DNA of 64,000 nucleotides, from the NCBI RefSeq assembly GCF_000315625.1, contig NW_005434643.1:297698-361697 (forward strand). The letters run 5' to 3'. The stretch's first letter is position 1. The number at the start of each line of letters is the position of its first letter. The notes beneath the pieces are model-generated. The model saw only the letters and a list, made by a program, of their open reading frames with translations. It was not told the origin of the DNA and made no database searches. Shown here one piece after another: positions 61,640 to 64,000 of this stretch. Both the position numbers and the translations under genes were made by a program. The stretch is from Guillardia theta CCMP2712 (lineage: Eukaryota > Protista > Cryptophyta).

Positions 61640-61929
61640 CTACTGCTGGCGATAGTCGCAGTAGGTGTGGGAGCGGCCACCATCGCAGTTGTTGATGTAG
61701 CCGGTGGGGGGCATGTAGAGCTGCCAACAGACGTGATTAAGGGCATACAACACTGATCACCATCACTCACGGTGCCGTAGAAGTCATGGCCGGAACCCTG
61801 TCCGTCGAACTCTCCAGAGCCGAAGTAGATGTAGGAGGTTCCGTTGCCATTAACCCAGGACTGGGGCTGGATACCGTTGGAACCAGCGTAGCCGGTGTCG
61901 AAGGCGACAGACTCGAGGATGGAGAACAT
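61640..61929 (-). CDS. 79-aa Gly/Tyr-rich microprotein (2 exons)
   Basis: MFSILESVAFDTGYAGSNG...HDFYGT | LYMPPTGYINNCDGGRSHTYCDYRQQ*; GT-AG intron 61721-61770; strong C-ending codon bias. Confidence 0.7.
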
Positions 61930-62717
61930 CTCTGTATGCAAGTCAGATTCTTGTTTCTAATTGAACTGAAACCATGAAACCTGCTTCTTACAAATCAACA
62001 TCGTTTGTAGAGAGATTTTACACGCATGATTTACGACACTATATTCCGATGATAGATGAGCAAGCACAACAAGGATATCATTATCATTGCTGCCATGTTG
62101 TTGCTATGTTGTTGCAGATGTCATATGAGCGAAACTGGGTGACGCACAGAGTGAACCTCGTGGAGATCAACAGGCGACGTCATTTTTAACAGCAAACAAA
62201 AGCCTTGAGGACGAGGGAGATAGACGATCAGCATGGAAGAGGGTGAAGACGAAGGTCCAAGAGATAAAGAATGAAGGGGGTCAGAGGGAGGTACAGAGAA
62301 ACATGAAGCCATGATAAAAGATGAGCGGAGGTGGAAATGAGGGAAGGAAACTTGAAGAAGGTCAACAGACAGTTGAGGAGGAGAGCATGAAGGGCAGCGG
62401 AGGGAGGGAGACAACACATGCGGAGGAGATCCTGCATGACCTGCTTGATACGGCGATCGTCTCTCTTCTGTTCTATTTCTGGTGCATGGCCCCTACACCC
62501 CTGGTGGGCCCTCAGAACCAGGGGAATTGAGGGGGTTAGGTAGGACTCGCCGGATGATTCGAAGATTTCAGTGATGGCCGGCAGCCTGCAGCCAAGTTGC
62601 TCATAGCCTAGTAGTAGTTAAGTGAAGATATCAGTTAAGTTTTGGGGACTGACAAGCAAAACCCACACTCAGTGACTGAGTGATGTTTAGCATTACTAAA
62701 GGCACACAGCACACAGC

Positions 62718-64000
62718 GATTGCTTGATTGCCTGACCCTTAGGCTGCCTGATTGCTTGATTGCCTGACCCTTAGGCTGCTTGTCTGCGCGGCTTCGCGCT
62801 TGGGCTGGCGCTGCCGCGTCTGGCCCGGTGGGTGCCAGCAGTGCTGGTTCAGTTTTGGGCTTGTGTTTTGTGCCACAGTGTGATTGTGCAGCTTCTCGCT
62901 GTGCGCTTTGTGCCTGGAGGCTTAGCTTGTTCCTGCTTTGTTTTGCTTGAGGCACTTTTACCTTCTGCCAGTAAATCCATAGACTGCTCGAGATCTCTCC
63001 GCCGCCGTGCCCAGAAGCATCCTCTGGCGACCTTTTTTTCGTTGAGGCGCACGACTTCGTTCATAATGCTGGAGCGATCCTCTGCCGTCGTGTGAGGGCT
63101 CCTGCACTGGCTGGAGATGGCGCGGCGATCCCACCTGCCCCGGCTCAGGCTGTACCCCTGTGCATTTCCCTCTTCAAACTCTACCACGCCTGTGTCAGAG
63201 CCCCACAGGAAAAAGACTCTTGAACCCCAAAACCAACAAGCGAACGCAAGTTGCCCGGGCCGGGGGTCCGCCTGGGGCAGCGGATAGGGTTGCAAACCAG
63301 GCACTGCATGTGTACCAAACAGATGCCGGGGGGCGTCCTGCGTCATGGGTCCTGTAATACTAATTTATTTGTTTTAATGGTACAAATTACAATACTTTTA
63401 AGAGTCCAGCATTTTATGATGGTAGACCCCCCGAGCCCCTCCCCCCACCCTTCAGCCCTCTCGCGACCGGCTCCTTCTGCGGCCGGCTCCTTCTCGGCGG
63501 CTGCCCTTTCTCCGTCCGCGACCGCCCGCTTTGATGCGGCAGCGGACGTCTCGACTGACAGTGGTCAGTCGGCTGCCTCCGGGTATCGCGCGGCGTCTAA
63601 GGGATTTTATTCCTCCTGCATGCTCCTGCTGCCAAGTTGCTTGCTTGCCTGACCCTCAGTAGGCTGCATGTCTGCGCGGCTTCGCGCTTGGGCAGGCGCT
63701 GCCGCGTCTGGGTGCCAGCAGTGCTGGTTCTTTTCGGGCTCAGTTGTGTTTTGTGTGTGCAAGTTGTCACAGTGTGCAGCTTCTCGCTGTGCGCTGTGTG
63801 CCTGGAGGCTTAGCTTGATCCTGCTTTGTTTTGCTTGAGGCACTTTTTACCTTCTGCCAGTAAATCCATTATACCTTCTGCCAGTAAATCCGACTTCTTT
63901 TGCTTCAAGCAAAACAAAGCAGGAACAAGCTAAACCTCCAGGCACACAGTCCACAGCGAGAAGCTGCACAAACACACACAAAACACAAGCCCGAAAAGAA
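62718..64000. mobile_element. Repeat element remnant: about 230-bp direct repeats plus an inverted third copy
   Basis: 62752-62980 matches 63637-63869; 63901-64000 is the reverse complement of 63728-63842; duplicated 20-mer TACCTTCTGCCAGTAAATCC at 63848 and 63872. No transposase or RT recognised. Confidence 0.6.

Overview
Gene-dense eukaryotic nuclear DNA with many short (about 45-150 nt) spliceosomal introns, from a flagellated protist. Intron size, composition and PDZ-rich genes suggest a cryptophyte alga (Guillardia/Hanusia-like); this is inference only. Recognisable genes: a head-to-head pair of near-identical intronless cytosolic HSP70s, MCM5, IRE1, an alpha/beta hydrolase, a GT23-like fucosyltransferase, dynactin p62, CSN5, a PKA-regulatory-like protein, AK9, a PDZ protein, ISN1 and a TM2 protein. 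Most notable: (1) an ER-lumen fusion of a p23/CS domain, a PDI scaffold (WCNMC) and an FKBP PPIase ending KSEL, close to IRE1 and the HSP70 pair; (2) a coiled-coil protein matching the euglenozoan paraflagellar-rod (PFR1/2) pattern, tail-to-tail with AK9; (3) three dispersed small paralogues sharing W-x2-[KE]Y and VxPGS[WF]A-x4-[KR][RK]R[RK]RF motifs, likely mitochondrial; (4) a signal peptide-saposin-HVA22/REEP-C2-PDZ fusion; (5) repeat copies that differ by many micro-insertions of the same short words (CAGT, CCGG, GTCAC) that build the GC-rich intergenic tracts, suggesting a repeat-directed insertion process. Exon models were traced by eye, some gene ends are approximate, and homology calls rest on recalled motifs that need HMM confirmation.
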